This document shows, in pieces, positions 9,967 through 21,250 of a DNA stretch of 64,000 bases; within the stretch, counting starts at the first letter, position 1; the number at the start of each line of letters is the position of its first letter. The notes beneath the pieces were generated by a model that was given only the letters and a program-made list of their open reading frames with translations, was not told the DNA's origin and searched no databases. This DNA is from Promethearchaeota archaeon (GTDB lineage Archaea > Asgardarchaeota > Lokiarchaeia > Sigyniarchaeales > SOKP01): positions 576,001 through 640,000 of the forward strand of contig JAHPZA010000010.1 in assembly GCA_019058445.1 (NCBI GenBank). The letters are read 5' to 3'. The position numbers and the translations under genes were made by a program.

Positions 9967-12816
9967 ATGGAAGACTTACTTAAATCGCTGATAAATAATT
10001 ATATAAGACATTCAAAAAATATTTTAGGTGTAATAATTAGTGATAGAAACGGAAACATAATTGTTACAAAAATAAAAGATGAAATCACTCAAGAATCTTT
10101 ATTAGATTTTATATCAAACTCGCTTTACAAGAAACTGGATGAATTTATTATCAAATACAAAGCTGAAAATTCATTTTTTAAAATCAAGGCAACACCCGAT
10201 ATAAAATATTCTGTTTGTTCATTCGGTAAATGCTTACTTATTACAATTGCAAAAAATTCTATTTCTGATACCGAATTAAAAATTTATTCTATAAATATTA
10301 CAGAAAAAGTAGAATTGATATATGAAGGTCAAAAGGAAATATCTTTAGAGATCCCCGAAGTTATGAAGATTTTTTCTAAGACAAAAGATAAAAGATTCCC
10401 TCAGGGAGAACATTCGATTAAGATTATTGTGGTTGGGGATTTTAAAGCTGGTAAGTCCTCTGTTATAAAAAGAATAATAGAAGACAAATATATTGAAGCT
10501 CATAATCCGACTGTCGGATTTCATATTTCAAAGAAAATTCTTACGATTGAAGATACTAACATTCGATTTAGTATCTGGGACACTGGTGGTCTGGTTAGTC
10601 AAATATCTCCCACAAAAGATAAAATTTATAATCATGCTGATGCAGCCTTAATAATTGTTGATAGAACTAGACCTACCAATATAAAAAGCATTAAAAAATG
10701 GTATAATGATATTAATAACTCTGTTTCAAAAAAAATACCAATCATTATTATAGGTACTAAAATTGATAAAACCTCCGACATCAAACTAAGGGAAGAAGAT
10801 ATAAAAACCCTAGCAAAAGAATATGAAATCCCTTTTATCCCTACGTCTGCTAAAACAGGGAAAAACATCAATCGGGCCTTTATTAATCTCACTTATAGAA
10901 TCATTGATGAGTTAACAAAATTAGAACCCTATGAACTCAAAAGTAAATACAAAAGCTATTACTTAAGTTCTGAAGAAACTAAAGCACTAGAGGATTTAGA
11001 GAATTTAATAGTAGAAAATGCAGATAAATCTTTCAATATAACATTTCGTTATGATTTAAAAAGGCTAAAAGTTAGAGGTTTTCCATTTATCCATGAGATA
11101 AGTGAAACTTCGTATGGGATTGAAATCCAAAATGGAAGTATCGTTGGAATTGGTCTGTTTAATTGTGGATTAACAAGACTTCCAGATTCTTTTAGTATTT
11201 TTAAGTCACTTAAAAGATTATCTTTAAGATCTAATCCTCTTAAATCATTTCCAGAACCAATTTGTAAATTAAAAAATCTTGAAATATTAGATCTTTCACT
11301 CACAAATTTGAGTCAAGTACCATCTATCATTGGTAACCTACATAATCTCAAGGAACTTCATTTGGAAAATAATTGGCTAAGAACTCTTCCTGAATCATTT
11401 GGTCAGCTAAATTCGCTTAGAATATTAAACTTGGAGAATAATCCAATTGATCATTTACCTAAATCTTTTGGAAATTTGAAATCTCTTAAAAAATTGTTGT
11501 TAGAGTCATCTCCCTTTGAGCAAAGCGGATATATGATAAATCTACCTAAAAATTTTGGTAATCTGCAATTTCTTCAAGAATTAGATTTAAGTTCTCATAA
11601 ATTAAAGATACTTCCAGAATCATTTGGAGATCTAAAGTCATTAAAGATCCTTGATTTGTTCAATAATAGATTTAAAACGCTTCCCAATTACTTTGGAAAT
11701 CTACAAGCACTTGAGGAATTAAATTTGGAAAGAAATTTAATACAATTTTTTCCAAAAGCTTTTGGTAATTTGTCAAGTTTAAAATCTGTTAATTTAAAAA
11801 ATAATATTATCACAAAAAAGGAAGCATCTAAAAGATTTAAAGCACTCGCTTTTAAGTCTATTGGAAATGATTATGATAGATGGATAAAAATCGCGGGGTC
11901 AATGGAAAACCACGAAGATCAGATGCAAATAATTAGACCGGATCTAAAAGAGAATATGATTTTAAAAAATATAATCACTCCGTTTATTTATGCGTGTTCC
12001 ATTGCTTTTATCGGATTGGTTACATTCCTCACTACAGATATAGAATCTTTAAAGCTCAATGTTAGCATTATATGGATCCTTTTCTTAGGAGCCTTAATAA
12101 TAAACCTTCTCATTGGTACATCAATTATATCAACAATTTCGACATATTTTAAATTTTCAATCTCAACGTTTGGGATTACGGCTCAAAAAACGGTTCTTAA
12201 ATTTTTTGATGTCCTTGTAGCAGTATTATTAGTTTGGGCCATAAGAGCTGCTGTTTTAGCTGCTATACGAATCGAATTGATTCCTGCGGTTAATTTTTTC
12301 TTTGATTTTTCAATTCCACAATGGATTTTAAATATACTGGTACTTTTCGGATATAATATAGATTTAACATTCTTGGAAAACATTGACCTTTTTTTAGGGC
12401 ATTTTTACTTAAAATTATTTAGTGCCGCATTAGTTTTTTGGGCTTTATATCGAAATGGCTTAAGTTATATTAAAAAAACTGCCTTTGATGAGACTGAGAA
12501 TAAAAATATATGGGCATTTTTAGTGATAGGATTATTTGGAGCGTTTTGGCTTGCGATTATGGATTATAGCAATCTAAAACCAATGTTGAGCATAGGTTAT
12601 TATATAGGGGTGTCTTTAGGTGCATTTGTCTTTATATGGGAAAAAAATAAAGAAAATAAAGTCATATTTTATCTCTATTGCTTCATTTTTGGGCTCGGAA
12701 TTTTAACAGTATGGTTGCTTTCTCTATGGAATTTAATGATTTCATTCTTAATGGGAATTATATTTATTATTCTATTTTTTATATTACGATGGAAATCCCA
12801 TAACATTCCACTATAA
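9967..12816 (+). CDS. Multidomain protein: Roadblock-like + Rab-like GTPase + leucine-rich repeats + multi-TM domain
   Basis: ILGVIISDRNG; GDFKAGKSS / PTVG / WDTGG / TKID / TSAKTG; repeated LPESFG.L.SL..L.L..N; hydrophobic C-terminal ~280 aa. Confidence 0.85.
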   Translation: MEDLLKSLINNYIRHSKNILGVIISDRNGNIIVTKIKDEITQESLLDFISNSLYKKLDEFIIKYKAENSFFKIKATPDIKYSVCSFGKCLLITIAKNSISDTELKIYSINITEKVELIYEGQKEISLEIPEVMKIFSKTKDKRFPQGEHSIKIIVVGDFKAGKSSVIKRIIEDKYIEAHNPTVGFHISKKILTIEDTNIRFSIWDTGGLVSQISPTKDKIYNHADAALIIVDRTRPTNIKSIKKWYNDINNSVSKKIPIIIIGTKIDKTSDIKLREEDIKTLAKEYEIPFIPTSAKTGKNINRAFINLTYRIIDELTKLEPYELKSKYKSYYLSSEETKALEDLENLIVENADKSFNITFRYDLKRLKVRGFPFIHEISETSYGIEIQNGSIVGIGLFNCGLTRLPDSFSIFKSLKRLSLRSNPLKSFPEPICKLKNLEILDLSLTNLSQVPSIIGNLHNLKELHLENNWLRTLPESFGQLNSLRILNLENNPIDHLPKSFGNLKSLKKLLLESSPFEQSGYMINLPKNFGNLQFLQELDLSSHKLKILPESFGDLKSLKILDLFNNRFKTLPNYFGNLQALEELNLERNLIQFFPKAFGNLSSLKSVNLKNNIITKKEASKRFKALAFKSIGNDYDRWIKIAGSMENHEDQMQIIRPDLKENMILKNIITPFIYACSIAFIGLVTFLTTDIESLKLNVSIIWILFLGALIINLLIGTSIISTISTYFKFSISTFGITAQKTVLKFFDVLVAVLLVWAIRAAVLAAIRIELIPAVNFFFDFSIPQWILNILVLFGYNIDLTFLENIDLFLGHFYLKLFSAALVFWALYRNGLSYIKKTAFDETENKNIWAFLVIGLFGAFWLAIMDYSNLKPMLSIGYYIGVSLGAFVFIWEKNKENKVIFYLYCFIFGLGILTVWLLSLWNLMISFLMGIIFIILFFILRWKSHNIPL

Positions 12817-13665
12817 GGAATTTTCCTTCTTTTTTCAGTAAGAAGAGAGAAATTTTTAATCCATAAATATTTGTGGATTTAACTTTAAAATCTTTTTTAG
12901 AAACATTCTTACAAAGTGTGATGTTGGAACCATATCTAATTCTTCTTAAGTCATCTATAACGTATAAATTAGTTGCATCTAACTTAACTAATAAATAAAT
13001 GTTTTACATATTTCACAATTTTATTTAATACTCCTTGATGTAGTCCAAAATTATTGTTCAATTGAATACACTCACTGATATTAGATTATTCATTTAGAGG
13101 GATAAGAATTATTTGTATGAACAAGATTATTGAACAAGTTTTATGAGCTTGGGTATTAAATGAAATATTTTTTTCCAATATATTCCCACCAATTTCCCAT
13201 TATTAAGCAGTTAACATGCTTTATTACCCCATTGATAGACTGATTTTATAAAGTAACAATCATATTTGTTCTAGATCTCACTTTTCAATCGAATTTATAA
13301 AGCGTTTAACTTCTTATTTATACAGCTTGTATTAAAGAGGATTCAAAACTATCGCAAATAGGTTGAAATGAAATATTGGTGAACTAGATCTCTGTTAAAT
13401 CGCCGACAAATTATGGCTTTCTTCTTTGCATTCAAGCTTTGTTTTTTGAAATGCTCACTAAGAAAGAGTTTGAAATTCTAATTATAAACTATAAACTCTA
13501 TTCTTATAAATAAGAATTAGATTTTTGAGAGGAATAAATCAATAAAATCTTTGTTTCTATCCATAAAATTCATTAATAGATTTGCGAAAATACATATTAA
13601 TCCATATTAAGAGATTAATAAAGATAAAAAAATGCTTAAAAAAAGGATAAAAAGAGAGAAACTAA

Positions 13666-14247
13666 CTACTTTAAATATTGTGCTATTTCTAACATTCTCT
13701 CCGAAATGCCCTTAAATAATTCTTCTATATTTTCTCCTGTTTTAGAAGAACATTCAATAAACTCATAAAAATTATATTTTTTTGCCATTTCATTTCCTTC
13801 TTCAGTCGAAATTACCCGTTTTTCTTCTAAATCCTTTTTTCCTCCTACCATAATAAGAGGTATATCAATAAACCTACTTTCGAAACTCTTCTTAAAAACT
13901 TCTAGCCATTTTTCCATATTTTCTATGCTTGAATGTCGAGTAATATCGTACATAAAGATCCCTCCAGAAGAACCTGAAGCATATGTCGGAAGCAAAAATC
14001 GAAACTTGTCTTCACCCGCGAAGTCCCAAATCTGCAATGTTATTGCTTTATCGCCTATATCCAGCTTTTTAATATAGAAATCTGCACCAATCGTTATTTT
14101 ATAGTCACCTTTGAACGTTCCAGTGAGATAACGATTCACCAATGTGGTTTTACCAACACCTCCATCCCCAAATACGCAGACTTTAAATTTTGCATATGGC
14201 ATAATTATTTCCTCAGCATCTATAATCTTAACATAAATTTCTCCCAA
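13666..14247 (-). CDS. Rab-like small GTPase (tandem copy 4)
   Basis: GDGGVGKT, TIGADF, WDFAGE, GGKKD, CSSKTG; true start may be the internal ATG (MPYAKF). Confidence 0.92.
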   Translation of the reverse strand: MGEIYVKIIDAEEIIMPYAKFKVCVFGDGGVGKTTLVNRYLTGTFKGDYKITIGADFYIKKLDIGDKAITLQIWDFAGEDKFRFLLPTYASGSSGGIFMYDITRHSSIENMEKWLEVFKKSFESRFIDIPLIMVGGKKDLEEKRVISTEEGNEMAKKYNFYEFIECSSKTGENIEELFKGISERMLEIAQYLK

Positions 14248-14317
14248 TTAATAAGCTTAATATCATGAATTTTATTTAAATTTTTTAATTTTTGGATCAA
14301 AAAAATAGTATCCGTAC

Positions 14318-14854
14318 TTAAAGGATATTTTGTCTTTTCATCATCAATTCAGCAAGTTTTTCAAAGGTTAAAAGAACATTTTCGCCCGTTTTGGCGGAAC
14401 ATTCGATATATTCAAAAATTCCATCATAAGACTCAACTATCGCTCTGGCATCTTCGTAGGAAACTGCTCTTTTATAATCTAGATCTTTTTTGCTCCCGAC
14501 CATTAAGAGAGGAATCTGAACTTCATTTCTTTTACTCCCTTCCTCAAAAACTTCCATCCAACTATTAAAATTTCTGAAGCTGGAAAATCTGGTGATGTCA
14601 TACATAAAAATTGCGCCAGAAGCACCAAGTAAATAGCTCGGTAGGATGAAACGGAATCTATCCTCTCCCGCGAAGTCCCATATCTGTAAAGTCACAATCC
14701 CTCCTTCGAAATCAAGCTTTTTAACATAGAAATTCACACCTATAGTAATTTTTAGATGATCCTTAAAAACACCAGTCAAGTAGCGATTAACTAGAGTTGT
14801 TTTACCTACTCCCCCGTCACCGAGAATACAGATCTTATAAATCGTTTGTGTCAT
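14318..14854 (-). CDS. Rab-like small GTPase (tandem copy 3)
   Basis: GDGGVGKT, TIGVNF, WDFAGE, GSKKD, CSAKTG. Confidence 0.92.
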   Translation of the reverse strand: MTQTIYKICILGDGGVGKTTLVNRYLTGVFKDHLKITIGVNFYVKKLDFEGGIVTLQIWDFAGEDRFRFILPSYLLGASGAIFMYDITRFSSFRNFNSWMEVFEEGSKRNEVQIPLLMVGSKKDLDYKRAVSYEDARAIVESYDGIFEYIECSAKTGENVLLTFEKLAELMMKRQNIL

Positions 14855-15009
14855 TTATGAGTGCCTAACTTAAAAAAAAATGCTTCATTCTTTAAAATCT
14901 AATAAACTGATTACTTATAATTTTTTTTGATTGATATTCTTTAAATACTAATATGATTAAAAAATTTTTAAATTCGTCAGAACAACCTTAGAATATTATA
15001 AAAATAAGT

Positions 15010-15543
15010 TCATTCAAAATTTATATTTTCCAGCATTATTTTAGTAATGCTCTCGAAAATTTCATTTATATTTTCTCCTGTTTTAGATGAGCATTCCACG
15101 TAATGAGAAAAATTATGTTTTTTAGAAAATTCAATTGCATGTTCACTCATGACAGATCGTTTATGATCTAAGTCTAATTTTCCTCCAACCATTATTAATG
15201 GAATTTCTTTATCATAATTTTTTGTTCCTTTGTGAAATACTTCCATCCAATCGGTCAAATTTTTAATACTTGAATATCTAGTAAGATCAAACATAAATAT
15301 ACAGCCTGAACTTCCTATTATATAACTAGGTAAAATAAATTTGAAACGATCTTCTCCAGCAAAATCCCAAATTTGTAAGGTTACTGTTGATCCATTTATA
15401 TTTATTCTCTTCACAAAAAAATCTGCCCCGATAGTTATCTTATAATGCTCCTGAAATACACCAGTGAGATATCGGTTCACAAGAGATGTTTTTCCAACCC
15501 CGCCATCCCCAAATATGCAGATTTTAAACTTTTCCGGCTTCAT
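15010..15543 (-). CDS. Rab-like small GTPase (tandem copy 2)
   Basis: GDGGVGKT, TIGADF, WDFAGE, GGKLD, CSSKTG. Confidence 0.92.
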   Translation of the reverse strand: MKPEKFKICIFGDGGVGKTSLVNRYLTGVFQEHYKITIGADFFVKRININGSTVTLQIWDFAGEDRFKFILPSYIIGSSGCIFMFDLTRYSSIKNLTDWMEVFHKGTKNYDKEIPLIMVGGKLDLDHKRSVMSEHAIEFSKKHNFSHYVECSSKTGENINEIFESITKIMLENINFE

Positions 15544-15712
15544 TTTGAGATTTAATACTTTTAGTCATTTGAAATTCTAATAGACTTATTATTTATAATT
15601 TTATTTTTTCCGAAAGTCTAATACTAAATATTCTACAAAAAGCTATATAAAAAAATACAAATTTCTATTTTTTCCAAATGAGAGTTTTATTTTTCCCCAA
15701 AATTTTAGAAAG

Positions 15713-16246
15713 TTAGATAAGATTGACCCGTTTGCTTAGTTCTAATGCCAATTTATAGAAAATTAATTCTACATTTTCACCTGTTTTTGCAGAGCATTCA
15801 ATATAATCTAAAAGTTCATACTGTTTTGCCAGATCAACAGCATCTTTACTATATACTGATCTTCTGTCGTGTAAATCTAATTTTCCTCCAACCATAATTA
15901 TAGGTACGTCAATATTCATATCTACTGTTCCTTGCTTAAATATTTCAAGCCAATCGCCAAAGTTTCGTAAACTTGTGCGCCTCGTGATATCAAACATAAA
16001 TACTCCGCCAGAGGCACCTTTAACATAACCTGGGAGTAGAAATCTAAAGCGATCTTCTCCAGCAAAATCCCATATCTGCAAAGATACTCGTTTAGCATGA
16101 AATTCAAATTTTTTCATATGAAAATCCACACCAAGCGTCATGCTAGAATCTCCAGTAAATAATCCAGTAAGGTACCTCTTAACAAGAGAAGTCTTACCTA
16201 CACCTCCATCTCCGAAAATGCATACTTTAAAAAGTGCATCCTGCAT
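15713..16246 (-). CDS. Rab-like small GTPase (tandem copy 1)
   Basis: GDGGVGKT, TLGVDF, WDFAGE, GGKLD, CSAKTG. Confidence 0.92.
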   Translation of the reverse strand: MQDALFKVCIFGDGGVGKTSLVKRYLTGLFTGDSSMTLGVDFHMKKFEFHAKRVSLQIWDFAGEDRFRFLLPGYVKGASGGVFMFDITRRTSLRNFGDWLEIFKQGTVDMNIDVPIIMVGGKLDLHDRRSVYSKDAVDLAKQYELLDYIECSAKTGENVELIFYKLALELSKRVNLI

Positions 16247-16434
16247 TGTATTCTCCCATGGAACTTTGCTTATGTTTAGAAATTTATTATAAGATATTTA
16301 TTTATATTACCTTAATAAATTATTTATGAATCTCACTTAATTATAAATATTTTTTTATTTAATATTTTTAGTTGGAGATATTAATGAGAGAATTTTGAAC
16401 AATAAGGATAATGGGGCAAATAGGATTAAAAATG

Positions 16435-17490
16435 CTATATAAGATAAAAAGTCTCATTTTTCTTTTCTAAGTTTCCAACCGTTTTTAATACTTTATCCAC
16501 TATACGCCTTTGTTTTAAATTTATCTCAGGGAGTTCATACCCAAATGATAAATTATACTCGTCCTTAATTACAATCCAGTGAAAGTGTTCAAATAACTTT
16601 AAAATACTTAATTTTAAATCCTTTTTAGATGCAAATTTTCTTAAATTTTCGATAAAGGAATTTATCCATTCTAAGGCAGAAACTTCATTCTTAAAATCTA
16701 CAATTATATCCTTATTCTTTGACAAGAAAATCCATAGATGCTTTGTTTTATCGTTGATCATATTGTAATGATTAAAAAATTTCTCCATATTTTCATGAAC
16801 AAGATTTCTGATATCTTTTTTGTTAATTTCTTTTGTTGCGAATAGCGGAGTAGTTTCGAATATCATTTTAACTTCTTTTTCTTCTAATCCTTCGAAAAGA
16901 TCTGAATTAATTAGCTTTAAACCCATAACACTTGCTCCAATTACTAAACCCTTTGTTTGTTCATAGTGGATATTACGATAATGCCCATTATATTCTATTA
17001 TGAATTTATTATTCTCAATTTTGACCTTGAATTTGCTTATTAAATTATTTTTAATGAGAATTGTATGAAATCTCTTAGAGAGCTCTATTAAACCGGATTC
17101 TTTTAGTTTCGATTCCTTGATAATAAATTCACGATATTTTTGATAAGAATCCAATAGAAAATCAAGATTATCGAAGTTATACTTATTTAATTCTACTGCC
17201 TGCTCAAAAAGTGGAATAAATGCTTTAAAGGTATGAGTCTCATAAAATTTTGATATTTTAGCATCAACAAAATTTTCTAAATCATCTAGACCTTTACCAG
17301 ATCTAAAAATCTCCATATTTTTTTCCATAACAAAATTATAAAAAGCAGATATGCTTTTGAATCTCTGATCTTTAGGATTTTTTCTCGCTTCTAATTTTAT
17401 ATATCTATTTATCCAATCTTTAAGATAAGGAGAAATTGATATATTTTGAGTAGCAGTCTTTTTTTTTGACAGATTTCTACTGGACAACAT
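16435..17490 (-). CDS. Hypothetical protein, possible N-terminal ribbon-helix-helix DNA-binding element
   Basis: 351-aa ORF; N-terminal TQNISISPYLKDWI...SISAF pattern loosely resembles RHH (inference). Confidence 0.5.
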   Translation of the reverse strand: MLSSRNLSKKKTATQNISISPYLKDWINRYIKLEARKNPKDQRFKSISAFYNFVMEKNMEIFRSGKGLDDLENFVDAKISKFYETHTFKAFIPLFEQAVELNKYNFDNLDFLLDSYQKYREFIIKESKLKESGLIELSKRFHTILIKNNLISKFKVKIENNKFIIEYNGHYRNIHYEQTKGLVIGASVMGLKLINSDLFEGLEEKEVKMIFETTPLFATKEINKKDIRNLVHENMEKFFNHYNMINDKTKHLWIFLSKNKDIIVDFKNEVSALEWINSFIENLRKFASKKDLKLSILKLFEHFHWIVIKDEYNLSFGYELPEINLKQRRIVDKVLKTVGNLEKKNETFYLI

Positions 17491-17922
17491 AGTATAAACT
17501 ATATTAGTTTGTATTAAAATATTGTCATATTTGATCTTTTTTTATAAAGCTAAATAACCAAAAAACTTCTATATAATTGATCATATTAGTATAATTCTAA
17601 GTGTTAAAATAATGATTTTGGCAAGATTGGCTTAAATTTCTATTTTAATTGTTATTGAAAGGAAATTTTACCCTACATGAGAGAAGAATAAATTTTCAAA
17701 AAAGTATATAAATAAACTAATAAAAATAATAAAGGAGAAATTTAGAGTCTCACTTACTATCAACAAAGCAGAGAATTAAACTCCAACATCACTTCTGAAA
17801 AAAATTTTTTTAGGGGAAGGAGTGATAGAATCGGTATGCAAGAATAAAGATGCGTTTAATTTTTAAACTTTTGAAAAAATTTGTGGTGAAATCTGATATT
17901 GGATGAGTAGGGTAATTATTCC

Positions 17923-19341
17923 CTACTTTTTATTATTTTCTTCTTCTAACATATCATAATAGTTGGTTAAAAAATAGTAATTTGATAATCTCGTATTGAG
18001 AATTGAATCTATTTGAACAAATTCATTTGGAGCATGAGCAAACCCCCCAATGCCTAATCCTCCAACAATAAAATTCAATCCTAATTCTTTTTGAATTTTA
18101 CTCAATGGTGCTGCCGCTGCACTTAAAGGCCAAACTTCTGTGTGAACATTAAGAAGATCAAAGCTTTTTATTAAACTTTTCACTAAAAATGAATCTTTAT
18201 TAACTCTGGATCCCTCATAACCGAGATTTTTCGTCAACTCAATATGCGCTTTAGATTGCTGAGTAAAATTTTCTATTTTTTCTTCGATTTCTTTAAGAAT
18301 TTTTTCAGTTGAGATGTTATGAGCAAATCTAATATCAATATTACATAGAGCCTGATTGGCAACCATATTTTTTGTTCCCTTCTCTAGAAAGCCAGATTTG
18401 AGGGTTGAAATATTAAAAGTTGGTTTAAATAAATAATTGATAAACGCTTTTTTCGGGTCATCCTCAATTGTTTCAATTATACCTGCTTTTTTTTTAATTT
18501 GTTCAATATTTAATTGTTTTATCAAATTAATTATGATATCTTGTTCTTCCGTTGTTAATTTATAGGGTTCTTTCAAACAATTGAGCTGAAATTCATTATT
18601 AGAATATAATGTACTAAGAAGTGAAATTAATTCTGTAGCTGGATTTGGAATCATTGCACTAAATGCGGAGTGTGTTTCTTTATTTTTTGTAAAAATTTTA
18701 AGTGTCAGTGAAACGATCCCTTTATAACCTAATTTTAGAACGGAAGTTCCACTAATATCTTGTTTAATTGAGGGATAAAACGCATTGCCACATAACTTAA
18801 GAGGTTTTTTTTGAGTTTCCAGAAAATTTATTAAAGTGGGAGAGCCGATTTCTTCCTCTCCATCAAATAAAAGATATAAAGATAAAGGGAGGGAATTATA
18901 TTCTTTCATTAGGTTTACAATATTTAAAAAGCACATTAAGGGTGTTTTTGAATTGTATGCGCCTCTTGCAATAATACATTTTCCAAGGGAATCTAATGGG
19001 GGTAAAAGCGTCTTTTCTTCAGCTTCAAAAGGATCACTTATCCATAACTCATTTTTATTAACCGGTTGAGTATCATACATCATATAAATGAGTAATGACT
19101 CCTTAGAAACTCCTTTAATCGTAGCCAAGAGTAAAGGGTTTATTTCCCCCTTAATTTCTTTAAGTTCATCACAAAATCCTGAAAGATATGATTTAATAAA
19201 GTCTACAGCTGTTTCAATTCCTTCTTTATTAAGGGTATTGCTTGGAATCCTTAAAAAGGGTTTCAACTCATTCTCAATGAATTCTGCATTTGTCTGTTTA
19301 ATGATATCCTTCATGTTAGATATTGAATTTTCATGAGACAT
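17923..19341 (-). CDS. M20/M25/M40 family metallopeptidase/dipeptidase
   Basis: YDTQP, ARGA, GEEEIGSP, HS, DIR, AHAPNE; several usual metal ligands look substituted. Confidence 0.82.
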   Translation of the reverse strand: MSHENSISNMKDIIKQTNAEFIENELKPFLRIPSNTLNKEGIETAVDFIKSYLSGFCDELKEIKGEINPLLLATIKGVSKESLLIYMMYDTQPVNKNELWISDPFEAEEKTLLPPLDSLGKCIIARGAYNSKTPLMCFLNIVNLMKEYNSLPLSLYLLFDGEEEIGSPTLINFLETQKKPLKLCGNAFYPSIKQDISGTSVLKLGYKGIVSLTLKIFTKNKETHSAFSAMIPNPATELISLLSTLYSNNEFQLNCLKEPYKLTTEEQDIIINLIKQLNIEQIKKKAGIIETIEDDPKKAFINYLFKPTFNISTLKSGFLEKGTKNMVANQALCNIDIRFAHNISTEKILKEIEEKIENFTQQSKAHIELTKNLGYEGSRVNKDSFLVKSLIKSFDLLNVHTEVWPLSAAAAPLSKIQKELGLNFIVGGLGIGGFAHAPNEFVQIDSILNTRLSNYYFLTNYYDMLEEENNKK

Positions 19342-19412
19342 ATATAGATATAATAGTTAAATTGAATTAATTAATTATCATAATTATCCTAAATTATCAT
19401 ATTATAACAAAA

Positions 19413-19805
19413 ATGAATCAGGAATCATCTTCAAGTTCTAGAAATCCGGGCCAAATAAATGAAATATTGAATGAAATCAAATTAGAAGGCAACCTTAAAG
19501 GAGTAGTACTTGCAAACCGTAATGGAGATCTTATAGCAGAAAATATTGCATTAGATAATTTTGATGGTACAACCTTTGCTGCGATGTGTGCTTCTGTTTT
19601 AGAGAGTGCGGATGGGCTGAGAAAAAACTTAGGGTCTAAAAAAGTTTTTAAAATTATTACAGAATTAGAAAGCGGTAAAATAATAATAATCATTGAACTG
19701 GATAAAAAGAGATTCTATTCTTTTATATTGGGCAAGGAATCTAAGATGGATTCTATATTAAATAATCTAGACCAATATAATCAAAAATTATCTGAAGCCT
19801 GTTAA
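19413..19805 (+). CDS. Roadblock/LC7 domain protein
   Basis: GVVLANRNGDLIA...FAAMCASV. Confidence 0.8.
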   Translation: MNQESSSSSRNPGQINEILNEIKLEGNLKGVVLANRNGDLIAENIALDNFDGTTFAAMCASVLESADGLRKNLGSKKVFKIITELESGKIIIIIELDKKRFYSFILGKESKMDSILNNLDQYNQKLSEAC

Positions 19806-19826
19806 AGATCAAAAAAAAAGAGGAAT

Positions 19827-21095
19827 TTATTGAGATTTATCAATATATTTTAGATATTCTAAGCAGATATGCAAGACTTGTCCTAACGCTTCTTTTTCAA
19901 CAACTTCTGGTGTGTCTAATCTTGTATGATAAGAAGGAGCTAATTCTTCTTTTAAATTAAGACCTCCAATTGAGGTAGCAGAAATATTTTCTTTGCTAAA
20001 AGCTGCTCCATCTGTTGCACCAAAGGGAAGTGCAGATATTTTTATTCCAATATTCAAATTATTTGCAATTTTGAATAAACGTTCATAGATGTCCGGATCG
20101 TGGTTTGCTCCAATTCCAGATTCCTTATTATGAATAATTAACTGATCTTTTTTGGATATACCATCCATATTTACAACTTTAGTTTGAGCTTCTACTAATT
20201 CATTATAATGTGCTTCTACATATCGTTTAGCACCTCTAAGTCCAGACTCTTCTCCGGCAAAAGAAATTAGATAAATTTTTGTATGAGTCGGATACACTTC
20301 CTTATTACTTTTATTTTCAGCTAAGTATTTTCCAATACCTAAAACTACTGATACTCCTGATAAATTGTCCATTGCTCCTGGAACTGGTTTATAACTATGA
20401 AAAAACATATAAATTATTATAATTGGGACAAATACTAAAAAGATAATTCCAAACACAATAAAAAGAATTACAAATTCAATTGAAAGGAGGTAGAAGATAA
20501 GTTTTAATAAAATCCCAATTAGAACTATCCCAACTCCTAAATATCCTAGATTAATAATAATTTGTCCAAATCGTTTCAAGTAATAAAAAGTATTGAACTC
20601 AAAAGCAGAATCATGATGCGCCGAGAAGATAAGAGTATTTTTTACGTCACTTGAAGGATTTAAAGTTCCAATTATATTTTTTGACATCTTTTTTGGGAAT
20701 AGAAAATCAAATACTTCATGATATTTCATTACTTCTAAGATAAAATAGCTTACTGTAATTAAGATCAGAATAATTGCTATTAGTAAGAAAATTAGGCTGA
20801 AGAAGGCCTCTACTTGGATCATTTTAAGGTCAATCAATAGCGTAATCCAATAAAATATAATTGCAACAAATACAAGAAAGGATCCAAATCTTATACCCCC
20901 TAGAAATGCATGTGGACTACTTATATATTCTTCTTGATGTGTTTCATCGCAGAATTTTTTTAATTCTTCTTCAATTCGATTACCGCACTGTATTTCTTGG
21001 TCTGTTCCAGATTCTCGTGGCCCTATCTCATTGCATATCTCTTCAATAAATTTATGCATATAACTTTCTAAGTTCTTATCAACCATTATGCCCAT
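19827..21095 (-). CDS. M28 family peptidase with transmembrane inserts
   Basis: GPR..G, SAHHDS, GAMDNLSG, GEESGLRG, TD, YHTRLD. Confidence 0.88.
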   Translation of the reverse strand: MGIMVDKNLESYMHKFIEEICNEIGPRESGTDQEIQCGNRIEEELKKFCDETHQEEYISSPHAFLGGIRFGSFLVFVAIIFYWITLLIDLKMIQVEAFFSLIFLLIAIILILITVSYFILEVMKYHEVFDFLFPKKMSKNIIGTLNPSSDVKNTLIFSAHHDSAFEFNTFYYLKRFGQIIINLGYLGVGIVLIGILLKLIFYLLSIEFVILFIVFGIIFLVFVPIIIIYMFFHSYKPVPGAMDNLSGVSVVLGIGKYLAENKSNKEVYPTHTKIYLISFAGEESGLRGAKRYVEAHYNELVEAQTKVVNMDGISKKDQLIIHNKESGIGANHDPDIYERLFKIANNLNIGIKISALPFGATDGAAFSKENISATSIGGLNLKEELAPSYHTRLDTPEVVEKEALGQVLHICLEYLKYIDKSQ

Positions 21096-21250
21096 TTTTG
21101 TTTTTTAGATTTTACAAATTTAGTGTTATTTGAGCAAAATCTGGGATACCATAATAATTCTTTTAATGGTTAAAATTGCTCTTAGATGGTCTAATAGAGA
21201 TAGGTTTAATGAGAAAATAAAAAAAAATTTAAAAAATAATAGTTACATAA

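Noticed and set aside
17788-17826. Stem-loop atcacttct...aggagtgat as an ncRNA or SECIS element
   Set aside because: Only a 9-bp stem. No neighbouring gene has an in-frame UGA and no family features were recognised.
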